A DNA stretch of 59,726 bases, counting the filler, from an uncultured bacterium (GTDB taxonomy: Bacteria > Latescibacterota > UBA2968): assembly GCA_964471275.1 (NCBI GenBank). It is 4 parts of 4 records of this genome, joined end to end, with 100 filler letters (N's around TTAATTAATTAA, not from the genome) between each part and the next. Parts side by side here need not be neighbours in the genome. Positions count along the whole stretch, not along the records: positions 15,404 to 30,178 come from CAYYGZ010000108.1; positions 30,279 to 45,008 come from CAYYGZ010000109.1; 2 more parts are not named here. One strand, 5' to 3'. Of the stretch, positions 29,413-38,993 are shown in pieces (the first letter of the stretch is position 1; each line of letters begins with the position of its first letter). Both the position numbers and the translations under genes were made by a program. The notes beneath the pieces are model-generated. The model had not been told where the DNA came from and did no database searches. It saw only the letters and a list, made by a program, of their open reading frames with translations.

Positions 29413-29994
29413 TTGACTGAAAACACAGACGAATCACCAGCCATCGAGGGGTTGAACAGAGGCGGTCTCTGGACGGTGTCGAACGCAATCAGTGCGCTGC
29501 GGGTCGTGCTCGTGCTACCCACTCTGTACTGTATCCGGCTGGGGCCCGATTATCGGTGGTATGTCTTCTGGCTGGTGATGGGTATGGTCGCGTCGGATAT
29601 CCTTGACGGCGCGCTTGCACGTGCCCGGAGGGAGGTGACCGAGTGGGGAAAGATCATCGACCCTATTGCCGACAAGCTGGCGGTCGACTCGATCGCGGCA
29701 TTGCTGGTGTATCTGAAGGGCTTGCCCCTCTGGGTCGCCGCCGCGGTGATCGGTCGTGACGTACTGATCGTGTTGGGGGGCGTTCTGCTCGCATCTCGCA
29801 TCAAAGAGGTGCCGTCGTCGAATGCGTGGGGTAAGGCAACAACGTGTGTCATGGCTGCCCTTCTCCTGACCTACGCGATGGATTTCGATCCACCCAAAGT
29901 CATCCTTGTCTGGCTGGCCGGTTTCCTCATCCTCGTTTCCATCACAAGCTACGTTGTCGCCGGTCTCCGTCGGGGTTCGGTCGAGCCCGAGTGA
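29413..29994 (+). CDS. CDP-alcohol phosphatidyltransferase (PgsA-like)
   Basis: DILDGALAR...GKIIDPIADK signature. Confidence 0.92.
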   Translation: MTENTDESPAIEGLNRGGLWTVSNAISALRVVLVLPTLYCIRLGPDYRWYVFWLVMGMVASDILDGALARARREVTEWGKIIDPIADKLAVDSIAALLVYLKGLPLWVAAAVIGRDVLIVLGGVLLASRIKEVPSSNAWGKATTCVMAALLLTYAMDFDPPKVILVWLAGFLILVSITSYVVAGLRRGSVEPE

Positions 29995-30178
29995 CTGAAC
30001 GTTCGAGACAGGATGCTGTAGCGGATGAGATCACCGTGGTGATACCGGTGTTCAACGAGGTAGACGCGATTGGTAGCTGTCTGGCTCAGTTCCAAGAGAG
30101 CCCGGGTGTCGAGGTCCTGGTTGTCGACGGCGGCAGTGTCGACGACACTGCAGAAACGGTTCACTGTTCGGTGTCAGG
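29991..30178 (+). CDS. Glycosyltransferase family 2, N-terminal part (truncated by contig end)
   Basis: ITVVIPVFNE...EVLVVDGGSVDDT. Confidence 0.85.
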
Positions 30179-30278
30179 NNNNNNNNNNNNNNNNNNNNNN
30201 NNNNNNNNNNNNNNNNNNNNNNTTAATTAATTAANNNNNNNNNNNNNNNNNNNNNNNNNNNNNNNNNNNNNNNNNNNN
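30179..30278. other. Artificial contig-joining linker
   Basis: N44-TTAATTAATTAA-N44. Confidence 0.98.
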
Positions 30279-30805
30279 CTTACGATGGGATGTATGAGCA
30301 GCTTTGCAGCGCTGAAGAGGTCAATATTCTGAATTTCGGTGAGAATATCGCGGACGCATACCTGTCGCCCGGTTACTACGAGACCTACATGCAACCGTGG
30401 TATGAGAAGCGTTCAGGGCAGCTTCGGGATGCCGGGATCTTCACCCATATTCACATCGACGGCAACTTCAGGAACCTTCTCCCTTACTTAAAGGATATGC
30501 CCTTCGACGGGCTCGAAGCGTTGACACCCACACCGCAGGGCGACGTTGAGCTGGATGAGATGGCGGAGGCCATGGGGGACAAGATCCTGCTGGACGGCAT
30601 TCCGGCAGTCTACTTCCTGACTCATCACAGTCGGGAGGAGATGCAGGCGTGTGTCGAACGTTTGGTCGAGCTCTTCCATCCACGTCTGGTGCTGGGTGTA
30701 TCTGACGAGCTTCCGGAAGGCAGTACGGCCGAGGGGTGGGAGCGCCTGAAGTGGGTGGCGGACTACGCGAAGCAGTACACAGGATCCGCGGGCTCAGACC
30801 GATGA
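30279..30805 (+). CDS. Uroporphyrinogen decarboxylase (URO-D)/MtaA-like family protein, 5'-partial
   Basis: LSPGYYETY..P.Y, HIDG, EALTPTPQGD, LGVSDELP. Confidence 0.75.
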
Positions 30806-31866
30806 GTTACGCAGACGGGTGGGCAGCGCTGAATCTGGAGATGCCTGAGCGGATACCGCGAACAGAATATTCTGCCCACTCGCACTGGAAGCTTGTCAGG
30901 GCGGTCACGGGATTCGATGTCGGCGTGGAAAGCTCCAGTGAAATGAAGGCGCAGGCGAGCCGGGCTTTTGTGGGTCCCGAGGGCTGGGATTACGATCTGA
31001 TGTGGTCAACTTTGATCGGACGGAACGAGTTTGGCGATCAACGAACCAGCATGGGTCATGCGGTCTACGCTGCAGGCGGTGTAGATTATGACGACAACAC
31101 CTTCTCTGCATTCTCGAGTCCCGAGGAGGTGCTGGCCTTCGACCCCGTCGACCGGCTTGTGTCCGTACCGAAGAACGAGCTCATTGGGCGATTCGAGTCA
31201 CACTACAAGAAGAACGCCGTGGATCATCCGGATCTTGTCAGTATGACCGGTGTGTATGTAACTTGCATCTCCGGTATGATCGATCTCTTCGGGTGGGACA
31301 TGCTTCTGATGGCTGCGGGAGCAGATTCTGCAGGGCTTGGCGATGTGCTCAGAAGATACGGCGACTGGATCCATCCCTACTTCGAGGCGCTTGCCGATTC
31401 TGATGTGCCCGTTGTGATGGTACACGACGACATCGTGTGGACCGCAGGCCCGTTTATCCAGCCGGATTGGTATCGGCAGTATGTGTTCCCGAACTACTGC
31501 CGCCACCTGGCGCCGTTGATTGAAGCAGGTAAGCGAATCCTTTTCACATCGGATGGCGACTACAGCTGCTTTGTAGACGACATCGTGCAGGCAGGGGTGA
31601 CGGGGTTTGCGATGGAACCGATGACCGATATGGCGTCTGTTGCGGAGAGATACGGGCAGACGCACACCATTATCGGAAACGCCGATACACGAGTCTTGTT
31701 GAGCGGTGAAAAAGAAGATATCCGGCGAGAGGTAGAGCGGTGTGTGGCGATCGGGAGAAATTGTCCCGGGTTTATGCTTGCTGTCGGCAACCATATCCCG
31801 CCGAATACGCCAGTAGACAGCGCCCTCTATTACAATGACGTCTATGATGAGCTCTCGCGTCGGTAA
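30802..31866 (+). CDS. URO-D/cobalamin-dependent methyltransferase-like family protein
   Basis: HDDIVW..GPF, YVFPNY, FTSDG, IGNAD, AVGNHIPPNTP. Confidence 0.85.
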   Translation: MSYADGWAALNLEMPERIPRTEYSAHSHWKLVRAVTGFDVGVESSSEMKAQASRAFVGPEGWDYDLMWSTLIGRNEFGDQRTSMGHAVYAAGGVDYDDNTFSAFSSPEEVLAFDPVDRLVSVPKNELIGRFESHYKKNAVDHPDLVSMTGVYVTCISGMIDLFGWDMLLMAAGADSAGLGDVLRRYGDWIHPYFEALADSDVPVVMVHDDIVWTAGPFIQPDWYRQYVFPNYCRHLAPLIEAGKRILFTSDGDYSCFVDDIVQAGVTGFAMEPMTDMASVAERYGQTHTIIGNADTRVLLSGEKEDIRREVERCVAIGRNCPGFMLAVGNHIPPNTPVDSALYYNDVYDELSRR

Positions 31867-32186
31867 TGGATCCCTGTTCGGCTGAAACGGGCGAGACGTT
31901 GCGCTGGTCTCATCGTGAGACAACGGTGGAGCCATCTAAGGCCCAGACTCAACCAGGCGGACATCAAGAGTGGACAATGAGCGAATTAGCTTCGAAACAA
32001 GGTCCGGACGGAACCCCGGCCCAGTACTGGGATGATCCGGTGGCTCGCCACATCTCCCGGTTGCACCGAAAGGCCCTGGCGAGTGGATCCGATGCAGCCC
32101 GGCTCGATCGATGAAAATCGCTATGACGAACTTGCAGCAGAGGCCGATGCCGAGACTTATTGCGAGAATGCGACAAGGAGGAAGTG

Positions 32187-33899
32187 ATGAGTAAGCGTAA
32201 GGGCCAGGTGGTTCAGGACAGAAAGATGAAGTGGTGGCGAGAAGCACGGTTCGGGCTGTTCATCCACTGGGGTCTGTACGCAGCGCCGGCAGGCAGTTGG
32301 GACGGAAAAGAAATCCCGGGGATCGGCGAGTGGATTCAGTCTCGGGCCAAGATTCCGGTCGGCCGATACGAGCGGCTTGCCGAAACGTTCAATCCTGCCA
32401 AGTTCGACGCGAAGGCCTGGGTGAAGCTCGCTAAGGACGCAGGGATGAAGTATCTGTGTATCACCTCGAAGCATCACGACGGCTTCGCGATCTATAAGTC
32501 GGAGGCAAGCCCCTACAACATCGTCGATGCAACTCCGTACAAGAAGGACCCGGTTGCCGCGCTCGCGAGGGAATGCAAGAAAGCTGGGATCAAGCTCTGC
32601 TTCTACTACTCGCAGAAGCAGGACTGGCATCATCCAGATGGATCTGGGAACACCTGGGATTACAACCCGGACAAGCAGGACTTCAACCGATACATGCGTG
32701 AGAAGGCACTCCCGCAGGTTCGCGAGATTCTGACACAATATGGCCCGATCGGGATGATCTGGTATGACACGCCTCAGAACCTCAGCCGGGCACAGACCAA
32801 ACGTTTTGTGGATCAGGTCTACGATGTCCAGCCTACCTGCATTGTCAATGGTCGTGCCGGTCACGGCATCGGCGACTACCGATCGATGGGAGACAACGCG
32901 ATTCCGCCCGGGAGAGTGGAGGGCGATTGGGAAACACCGGCGACGCTTAACGACACGTGGGGGTTCAAGACGAACGATCATAATTGGAAGCCGGCAAAGG
33001 GACTGATCCAGAGGCTTGTCGACATCGTCGGAAAGGGCGGAAACTACCTGCTGAATGTCGGACCGACGGCGGAAGGCATGATCCCGAAGCCGAGCGTGTC
33101 CCGTTTGCTGGAGGTTGGCAAGTGGATGAAGGTTAATGGGGAGGCGATCTATGGTGCGGCTGCCGGCCCGTCCCCGCAGGAGTTGGCCTGGGGGAGCATG
33201 ACTTCGAAGAAGGGGAAGCTCTATTTGAATGTGGTCGACTGGCCGGGCAAGTCTCTACGCATCTATGGTTTGAAGAACCGGATAAAGAAGGCGACGCTTC
33301 TGGCTTCGCCAAAGCTGACAGTCGGCGTGGCCCAGTCGACGTTCGATGAGGTCGGCTTGAACGTTCTCGACCTGACCTTGCCCGGAAGGGCGCCGGACAA
33401 GCACGTTTCCGTTATCCGTCTTGACGTCGTCGGAACCCCGGAGATGGATCAGAGCCTGGTTCAGCAGGGCGACGGCCGGATCCTGCTGGATGCCTTCCAC
33501 GCGGGCATCAAGCCGCCAGGCCGGGCTGTATCCGGTCGCTTTGGTGCGGTAGAAGGGTGGATAGGCAAGTCGACGAGCGTCAGCTGGGATGTGCATGTGG
33601 CTGAACCGGGAACCTACGATGTCGTCGTCGTCACGCAGACCGATCACGATGGGCGATGGGATACCGGGAGTCGCGTCAAGGTGAGTGTGGGTAGGCAATC
33701 AACCACAGGTACGTTGATGAAGCAAGCCACGAAGACAAACTTAGGTTCGGACTCGTACCGGTTGGACGTGGAATCTCGTCTAGGCCGGATCGAGATCAAA
33801 TGGCCGGGATCGCATAAGGTAACGATCAGGGCCGAGAAGATTGGCAAGGCTAAGGGGTTGGGCATCCGGCTCAGGGGGATACAGCTGATACCGAGGTGA
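32187..33899 (+). CDS. Alpha-L-fucosidase (GH29) with C-terminal beta-sandwich/CBM-like domain
   Basis: ARFGLFIHWG, TSKHHDGF, IWYD nucleophile, GGNYLLNVGP; AGGAGG RBS; no signal peptide. Confidence 0.95.
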   Translation: MSKRKGQVVQDRKMKWWREARFGLFIHWGLYAAPAGSWDGKEIPGIGEWIQSRAKIPVGRYERLAETFNPAKFDAKAWVKLAKDAGMKYLCITSKHHDGFAIYKSEASPYNIVDATPYKKDPVAALARECKKAGIKLCFYYSQKQDWHHPDGSGNTWDYNPDKQDFNRYMREKALPQVREILTQYGPIGMIWYDTPQNLSRAQTKRFVDQVYDVQPTCIVNGRAGHGIGDYRSMGDNAIPPGRVEGDWETPATLNDTWGFKTNDHNWKPAKGLIQRLVDIVGKGGNYLLNVGPTAEGMIPKPSVSRLLEVGKWMKVNGEAIYGAAAGPSPQELAWGSMTSKKGKLYLNVVDWPGKSLRIYGLKNRIKKATLLASPKLTVGVAQSTFDEVGLNVLDLTLPGRAPDKHVSVIRLDVVGTPEMDQSLVQQGDGRILLDAFHAGIKPPGRAVSGRFGAVEGWIGKSTSVSWDVHVAEPGTYDVVVVTQTDHDGRWDTGSRVKVSVGRQSTTGTLMKQATKTNLGSDSYRLDVESRLGRIEIKWPGSHKVTIRAEKIGKAKGLGIRLRGIQLIPR

Positions 33900-34121
33900 T
33901 CGTACCCGGCGCTGGATTGCGGTCCCGCGTTTCAGGATCATCCCGATGGGGTGGATATCTGTGTCCAGGCGGGAGGCTTGGTCTTGGGGGACAGCAGGCT
34001 GCTGCACTCCGTGCACGCTAACAGAACCGACAACCGGCGTACCGTTATCACTCTTTGGTAACATCCGATCTTCTACTCGCTTCCGGAGACGATGCAGGCG
34101 CATCTCGGTTCCACTGATTGA
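33900..34121 (+). pseudogene. C-terminal remnant of a phytanoyl-CoA dioxygenase (PhyH) family gene
   Basis: Manual translation VQAGGLVLGDSRLLHSVHANRTDNRRTVITLW*HP; distal His and Arg motif; TAA at 34059-34061; N-terminus absent. Confidence 0.65.
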
Positions 34122-34234
34122 GGAGCCAGAAAGGGCATTCTGAAGAGGCTCCGGGAGGCACAGGATCGCGTGCGTGATCTTGTCTTGGTCTACGGTGGCC
34201 AGATCGAACCGCTGAGCTGGAATAGGAGGAGCAC

Positions 34235-35170
34235 TTGAAATTCAGACCTCTCGGAAACACGGGATTGGATGTCTCGATCCTCAGCTATGGCGCTTCCCCG
34301 TTGGGAAGCGTTTTCCGTGACATTGATGAATCGGAAGGTATCCGAACCGTTCACACAGCCGTCGATCTCGGTGTCAACCTGATTGATGTCTCGCCCTACT
34401 ATGGCATCACGAAGGCGGAAACGGTTCTCGGGAAGGCCTTGATGGAGATTCCCCGGAATGCCTATGTCCTGTCAACCAAGGTTGGCCGGTATGGCGATGC
34501 AGAGTTTGATTTCTCCGCAGAGCGTGTAACAGACAGCGTCGATGAAAGTCTCCGCCGACTCGGGATTGACGTGATCGACCTGATACAGTGCCACGATATC
34601 GAGTTCGGCTTACTCGATCAGATCGTGGAGGAAACACTTCCTGCTCTGGAGAGGCTTCGGGAGAAGGGCAAGGTGCGTTTTGTCGGTATTACGGGACTGC
34701 CACTCAAGATCTTCGGCTATGTGATCGAGCGCGCGGAGGTGGACCAGATCCTTTCCTACTGTCGCTACAGTCTGCTCGACGACTCCCTTGTTTCCTTGCT
34801 GCCGTCTCTGGCCGAGAGCGGGGTCGGGGTGATCAATGCTTCTCCACTGTCTATGGGATTGCTCTCATCGAGAGGCGCGCCCGAGTGGCACCCGGCACCC
34901 AGCGCGGTCGCGGACGTCAGCCGGAAGGCCGTCGCATTCTGCGAAGAGAGAGGCGTGGATATCGCCAAACTTGCCGTTCAGTTCAGCGTGTCGCACGAGT
35001 CGATCTCATCGACTCTATCGGGAACGGCGAGCACGGAGAATATCAAACGGAATGTCGCTTGGGCACTTGAAGAGCCCGATGTAGACCTGCTTGAGGAGAT
35101 CGCCACGATTCTGTCGCCAGTGCACAACCGAACGTGGCCGAGCGGTCGTCCCGAGAATCAGGATGGTTGA
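34235..35170 (+). CDS. Aldo/keto reductase, L-galactose/L-fucose dehydrogenase-like
   Basis: SYGASPLG, DVSPYYG, STKVGRYG, CHDIEF, GITGLPL, LSYC, NASPLSMGLL; AGGAGG RBS with TTG start. Confidence 0.88.
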   Translation: MKFRPLGNTGLDVSILSYGASPLGSVFRDIDESEGIRTVHTAVDLGVNLIDVSPYYGITKAETVLGKALMEIPRNAYVLSTKVGRYGDAEFDFSAERVTDSVDESLRRLGIDVIDLIQCHDIEFGLLDQIVEETLPALERLREKGKVRFVGITGLPLKIFGYVIERAEVDQILSYCRYSLLDDSLVSLLPSLAESGVGVINASPLSMGLLSSRGAPEWHPAPSAVADVSRKAVAFCEERGVDIAKLAVQFSVSHESISSTLSGTASTENIKRNVAWALEEPDVDLLEEIATILSPVHNRTWPSGRPENQDG

Positions 35171-37472
35171 ACCGCGCCTCTGGTACAATCGCCCCGCCGT
35201 AGACTGGGAGGAAGCGCTTCCAATAGGAAACGGGAGCCTGGGAGCGATGGTCTTCAGTGGAATCGAGAGGGAACGTCTTCAGCTGAATGCCGACACCCTC
35301 TGGTCCGGACAGCCGAGAGAGTGGGACAACCCGAAGGCGCTTGAAATCCTGCCGGAGGTACGTCGCCTGATCTTTGATGGCAGATACGACGAGGCCGACA
35401 GGGCTGTTCGCGGCATGCAGGGCGTCTTCAATCAGTCATACCTTCCGATGGCGGATCTGCACATTGAAGTCGCGGAGACGGGTGACGTCGATGATTATCG
35501 TCGCGAACTTGATCTCGGGCGAGCGGTTGTGTCGGCCACATACACAGAATCCGGCAATCGAGTTGGACGCAGCGTGCTGGCCAGTTTCCCTGACGATGTG
35601 ATCGCATACCGAATCGCGGGTGAGGATCTGAGGCTCAAGCTGTCCCTTACGTCGCCTCTACGACACGAGGCGGTAGCCACGGGGAACGGCATCGTGCTCA
35701 CAGGGCGGGCCCCCTCACACGTCGAGCCAAGCTACCGGGACGTCGAGCCCGCTGTCATCTACGAGGACGGTAGGGGGATGCGGTTCGAGACACGCGTAGC
35801 AGTTGTCACGGACGGCCGCATCGACAAGGAGGCCGCCGCTCTGGTGATCTCGAGGGCGTCCGAGGCGGTCCTCTACATCGCAGCAACGACGAGCTACACG
35901 AACTACAAAAGGGATCCGGCTGATACGGATGTGGATCTGGGGACCGTCACCAAAGCCAGGCTTGATGCTGCGGTCGGAAAGGGTTTCGACCGGGTCCTGG
36001 CGGACCACATCGAGGATCACTCGACTCTTTACAACCGGGTCGCCCTGGATCTGGGAGGGGTAGATCGATCCGGCCAGCCGACAGATGAGCGTGTTGCGGC
36101 GAATGACCACACCGACACGAATCTGATATCGACGCTTTTTCAGTATGGGCGCTACCTGCTGATCGCGTGTTCGCGTGCCGGGTCTCAGGCCGCAAACCTT
36201 CAGGGCATCTGGAACCAACATATTCGAGCGCCCTGGAGCAGCAACTGGACGATCAACATCAACACCGAAATGAACTACTGGCCCGCGGAGGTTACCAATC
36301 TGTCAGAATGTCACGAGCCCCTGTTCGACCTGATCGAGGGGCTATCCGAGAATGGACGGGCGACCGCGAAGACGAACTACGGCTGCAGTGGCTGGGTGTC
36401 ACATCACAACGCCGATATCTGGCGACAGACAGGTCCGGTGGGTGATTTCGGGAATGGTCAGCCGAAGTGGGCGAATTGGCCGATGAGCTCCGGTTGGCTG
36501 TGCCAGCACCTCTGGGAACACTATGCCTTCACGCAGGATGCCGGCTTTCTGAGGGACAGGGCGTGGCCCCTGATGCGGGGTGCGACTGAGTTCTATCTGG
36601 ACTGGCTGATCGAGGGGCCTGACGGTGATCTTGTGACGGCACCCTCCACGTCTCCCGAGAACGGCTTCACTACGGCCGAGGGTCAAAGTGCAGAGACAAG
36701 TGCAGCAGCGACGATGGATCTTGCGATTATCAGCGACCTGTTCCGGAACTGCATTCGGACCTGCGAGCTCCTTCAGATGGATGAATCGCTCAAGAGCCGT
36801 GTGGACATCGCGCTCGACCGTTTGCGGACGCCTGAGGTGGGTCGGCACGGTCAACTTCAGGAATGGTGGCAGGACTGGGACGATCCGGAAGATGAGCACA
36901 GACACGTCTCACATCTTTTCGGTCTCCACCCCGGAAACCAGATCTCGAAGGAGACCGTGCAACTGTTCAGTGCGGCGAGACGGTCTCTCGAACTGCGTGG
37001 CGATGGGGGGACGGGCTGGTCGATGGCGTGGAAAGTAAATTTCTGGGCACGCCTTCTCGACGGGGATCACGCGCTGAAGATGATACGCGTGATGCTGAAT
37101 CTCGTGTCCGGGGAGGGCGCTCGGATAAAAGGGGGCGGGGTGTATGCGAACCTTTTCGATGCTCATCCACCATTCCAGATTGACGGTAATTTCGGTGTGG
37201 CCGCAGGAATAGCCGAAATGCTCCTTCAGAGCCATCTTGGGAGGATCGATCTGCTGCCCGCACTGCCAACTTCCTGGCCCGTTGGTGAGGTGACGGGATT
37301 GTGCGCCCGCGGGGGATATGTGGTGGACATTCGGTGGGCGAGCGGGAAGCTTGTCGAAGCCCGTGTTCTGTCACGTTTTGGACTACCCGTCGATATCGGT
37401 TTTGATGGCATGGTGAGACGGGTAGATGTCGGACAGGGCGAGACGATGACGATCCGGGCGGACACGGCTTGA
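35163..37472 (+). CDS. GH95 alpha-L-fucosidase / alpha-L-galactosidase
   Basis: WEEALPIGNG, FQYGRYLLI, NLQGIWN, NINTEMNYW, HRHVSHL, HPPFQIDGNFG; no signal peptide. Confidence 0.96.
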   Translation: MVEPRLWYNRPAVDWEEALPIGNGSLGAMVFSGIERERLQLNADTLWSGQPREWDNPKALEILPEVRRLIFDGRYDEADRAVRGMQGVFNQSYLPMADLHIEVAETGDVDDYRRELDLGRAVVSATYTESGNRVGRSVLASFPDDVIAYRIAGEDLRLKLSLTSPLRHEAVATGNGIVLTGRAPSHVEPSYRDVEPAVIYEDGRGMRFETRVAVVTDGRIDKEAAALVISRASEAVLYIAATTSYTNYKRDPADTDVDLGTVTKARLDAAVGKGFDRVLADHIEDHSTLYNRVALDLGGVDRSGQPTDERVAANDHTDTNLISTLFQYGRYLLIACSRAGSQAANLQGIWNQHIRAPWSSNWTININTEMNYWPAEVTNLSECHEPLFDLIEGLSENGRATAKTNYGCSGWVSHHNADIWRQTGPVGDFGNGQPKWANWPMSSGWLCQHLWEHYAFTQDAGFLRDRAWPLMRGATEFYLDWLIEGPDGDLVTAPSTSPENGFTTAEGQSAETSAAATMDLAIISDLFRNCIRTCELLQMDESLKSRVDIALDRLRTPEVGRHGQLQEWWQDWDDPEDEHRHVSHLFGLHPGNQISKETVQLFSAARRSLELRGDGGTGWSMAWKVNFWARLLDGDHALKMIRVMLNLVSGEGARIKGGGVYANLFDAHPPFQIDGNFGVAAGIAEMLLQSHLGRIDLLPALPTSWPVGEVTGLCARGGYVVDIRWASGKLVEARVLSRFGLPVDIGFDGMVRRVDVGQGETMTIRADTA

Positions 37473-37608
37473 CGACGAGGGAGAGAAGGACCAGCAAGAC
37501 GACGTTGATGACGACTAGCTGACAACATCAGTCCGGGTTTGCGAGCGCACCGAATCTGGTAAACGCGCTGATTAGCTCAAGGGCTGTAACTTCAGACAGG
37601 GGAGCGTG

Positions 37609-37956
37609 ATGGCGGAGCGACAACGGTTCGGGAAGGTGATCTGTGTGCGAGAAGAGAAGCTCGAGGCGTATCTGGAACTGCATCGGAACGTGTGGCCGGA
37701 AGTTGAATCGATGATCAAGCAGTGCAACATGGAGAACTTCAATATCTTTGTCCGAAAACTGCCGGATGGGAATCACTATCTCTTCATGTATTTCGAGTAT
37801 ACGGGCACAGACATCGATGCGGACAACGCAAAGATGGCGGCCGACCCGAAGACACAAGAGTGGTGGCGTCACTGCGAGCCGTGTCAGAAACCGCTTGCAG
37901 ACCGCGCAGAAGGTGACTGGTGGGCGGACATGGACGAGGCCTATTATCTGGCCTAG
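37609..37956 (+). CDS. rhaM: L-rhamnose/L-fucose mutarotase family protein
   Basis: Y..LH..VWPEV, NFNIF, LFMYFEY, DPKTQEWW. Confidence 0.85.
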   Translation: MAERQRFGKVICVREEKLEAYLELHRNVWPEVESMIKQCNMENFNIFVRKLPDGNHYLFMYFEYTGTDIDADNAKMAADPKTQEWWRHCEPCQKPLADRAEGDWWADMDEAYYLA

Positions 37957-38088
37957 CAGGAAAGATCCGCATCCGGTGATTCCCTAGGCGCTGACCGGGA
38001 CAGGGCTTTGTATTCCAGGGAATTTTGCCTATACTGATGACGGTTCTACAGCAGCGTGTCGAGGGAGTCTAATGAGGAGATTCCGCAC

Positions 38089-38907
38089 ATGAGAGTCGTA
38101 TCTGTCGGTGGCGTACAGGTGTCCGGTTTGTGTATTGGAGGTAACCCCTTCAGCGGCTATGCTCACCAGACCAAAGAACGCAGCAAGGAGATGACCGAAT
38201 TCTATACCGATGAAGCAATCAAACAGACGCTTCGCGAATCGGAAGAGTCGGGTATCAATACATTCTTTGGCCGCACAGACGACCACATCTTCGGGATCCT
38301 GAAAGACTACTGGGCGGAAGGTGGAAAGATTCAGTGGTTTGCTCAGGTTCGGATCGAGCGTGGCGAAGGCGGCGCGGGAGCCTGGCGGGACTGGTTGGCA
38401 AAGTCGATCGATCACGGGGCCTGCGGTGCCTACATCCACGGCGGCGTGGTGGACAACTGGTTTGCGAACGGGCAGTGGGACAACTTTCATGAATCTGCTG
38501 AACTGATGAAGGCTGGCCATATCGCTGCGGGCTACGCTGGACACATGTTTTCCGCGCACGCCTGGATACGTGACAACCTGGACATCGACTTCCAGATGTG
38601 CAGCTACTACAACCCGACAGACCGTTCGATCGTGGCCCACCACTCCGATGAAGGAGAGAAGTGGGAAGATGCGGATCGTGAGGCGATGCTGGAAGTCATC
38701 GAGACGATTCAGACACCAGTCGTTCACTACAAGGTATTTGCGGCAGGAAATCGCCCGATCCTTGGCGGATTCGAGCTCATGAGAGACAACATGCGAGCGG
38801 GCGATGTTGCCTGTGTTGGTATGTTTACGAAGGACGACCCCGAAATGATACCGAAGAACGTGGCTCTGTTCGAGGAGTATGTGGACGGGGTGGTTGCGCC
38901 CGTGTAG
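38089..38907 (+). CDS. Aldo/keto-reductase-like conserved protein
   Basis: VSGLCIGGNPFSG, YKVFAAG, VGMF; GAGGAG RBS. Confidence 0.75.
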   Translation: MRVVSVGGVQVSGLCIGGNPFSGYAHQTKERSKEMTEFYTDEAIKQTLRESEESGINTFFGRTDDHIFGILKDYWAEGGKIQWFAQVRIERGEGGAGAWRDWLAKSIDHGACGAYIHGGVVDNWFANGQWDNFHESAELMKAGHIAAGYAGHMFSAHAWIRDNLDIDFQMCSYYNPTDRSIVAHHSDEGEKWEDADREAMLEVIETIQTPVVHYKVFAAGNRPILGGFELMRDNMRAGDVACVGMFTKDDPEMIPKNVALFEEYVDGVVAPV

Positions 38908-38934
38908 CAGACTTTCACGAACCACGATATTAAA

Positions 38935-38974
38935 GAGAGAAGCCCGATCTCCCCGAGGAGGTCGGGCTTCTCTC
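38935..38974. terminator. Hairpin between convergent genes (probable bidirectional terminator)
   Basis: GAGAGAAGCCCGATCTCC-ccga-GGAGGTCGGGCTTCTCTC, 18-bp stem with one G-U pair. Confidence 0.75.
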
Positions 38975-38993
38975 ATCGTGTACGGCGCATCGA

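Noticed and set aside
31866..32186. 82-aa ORF between the URO-D-like gene and GH29
   Set aside because: No motif or clear RBS; may be a decayed fragment but cannot be assigned.
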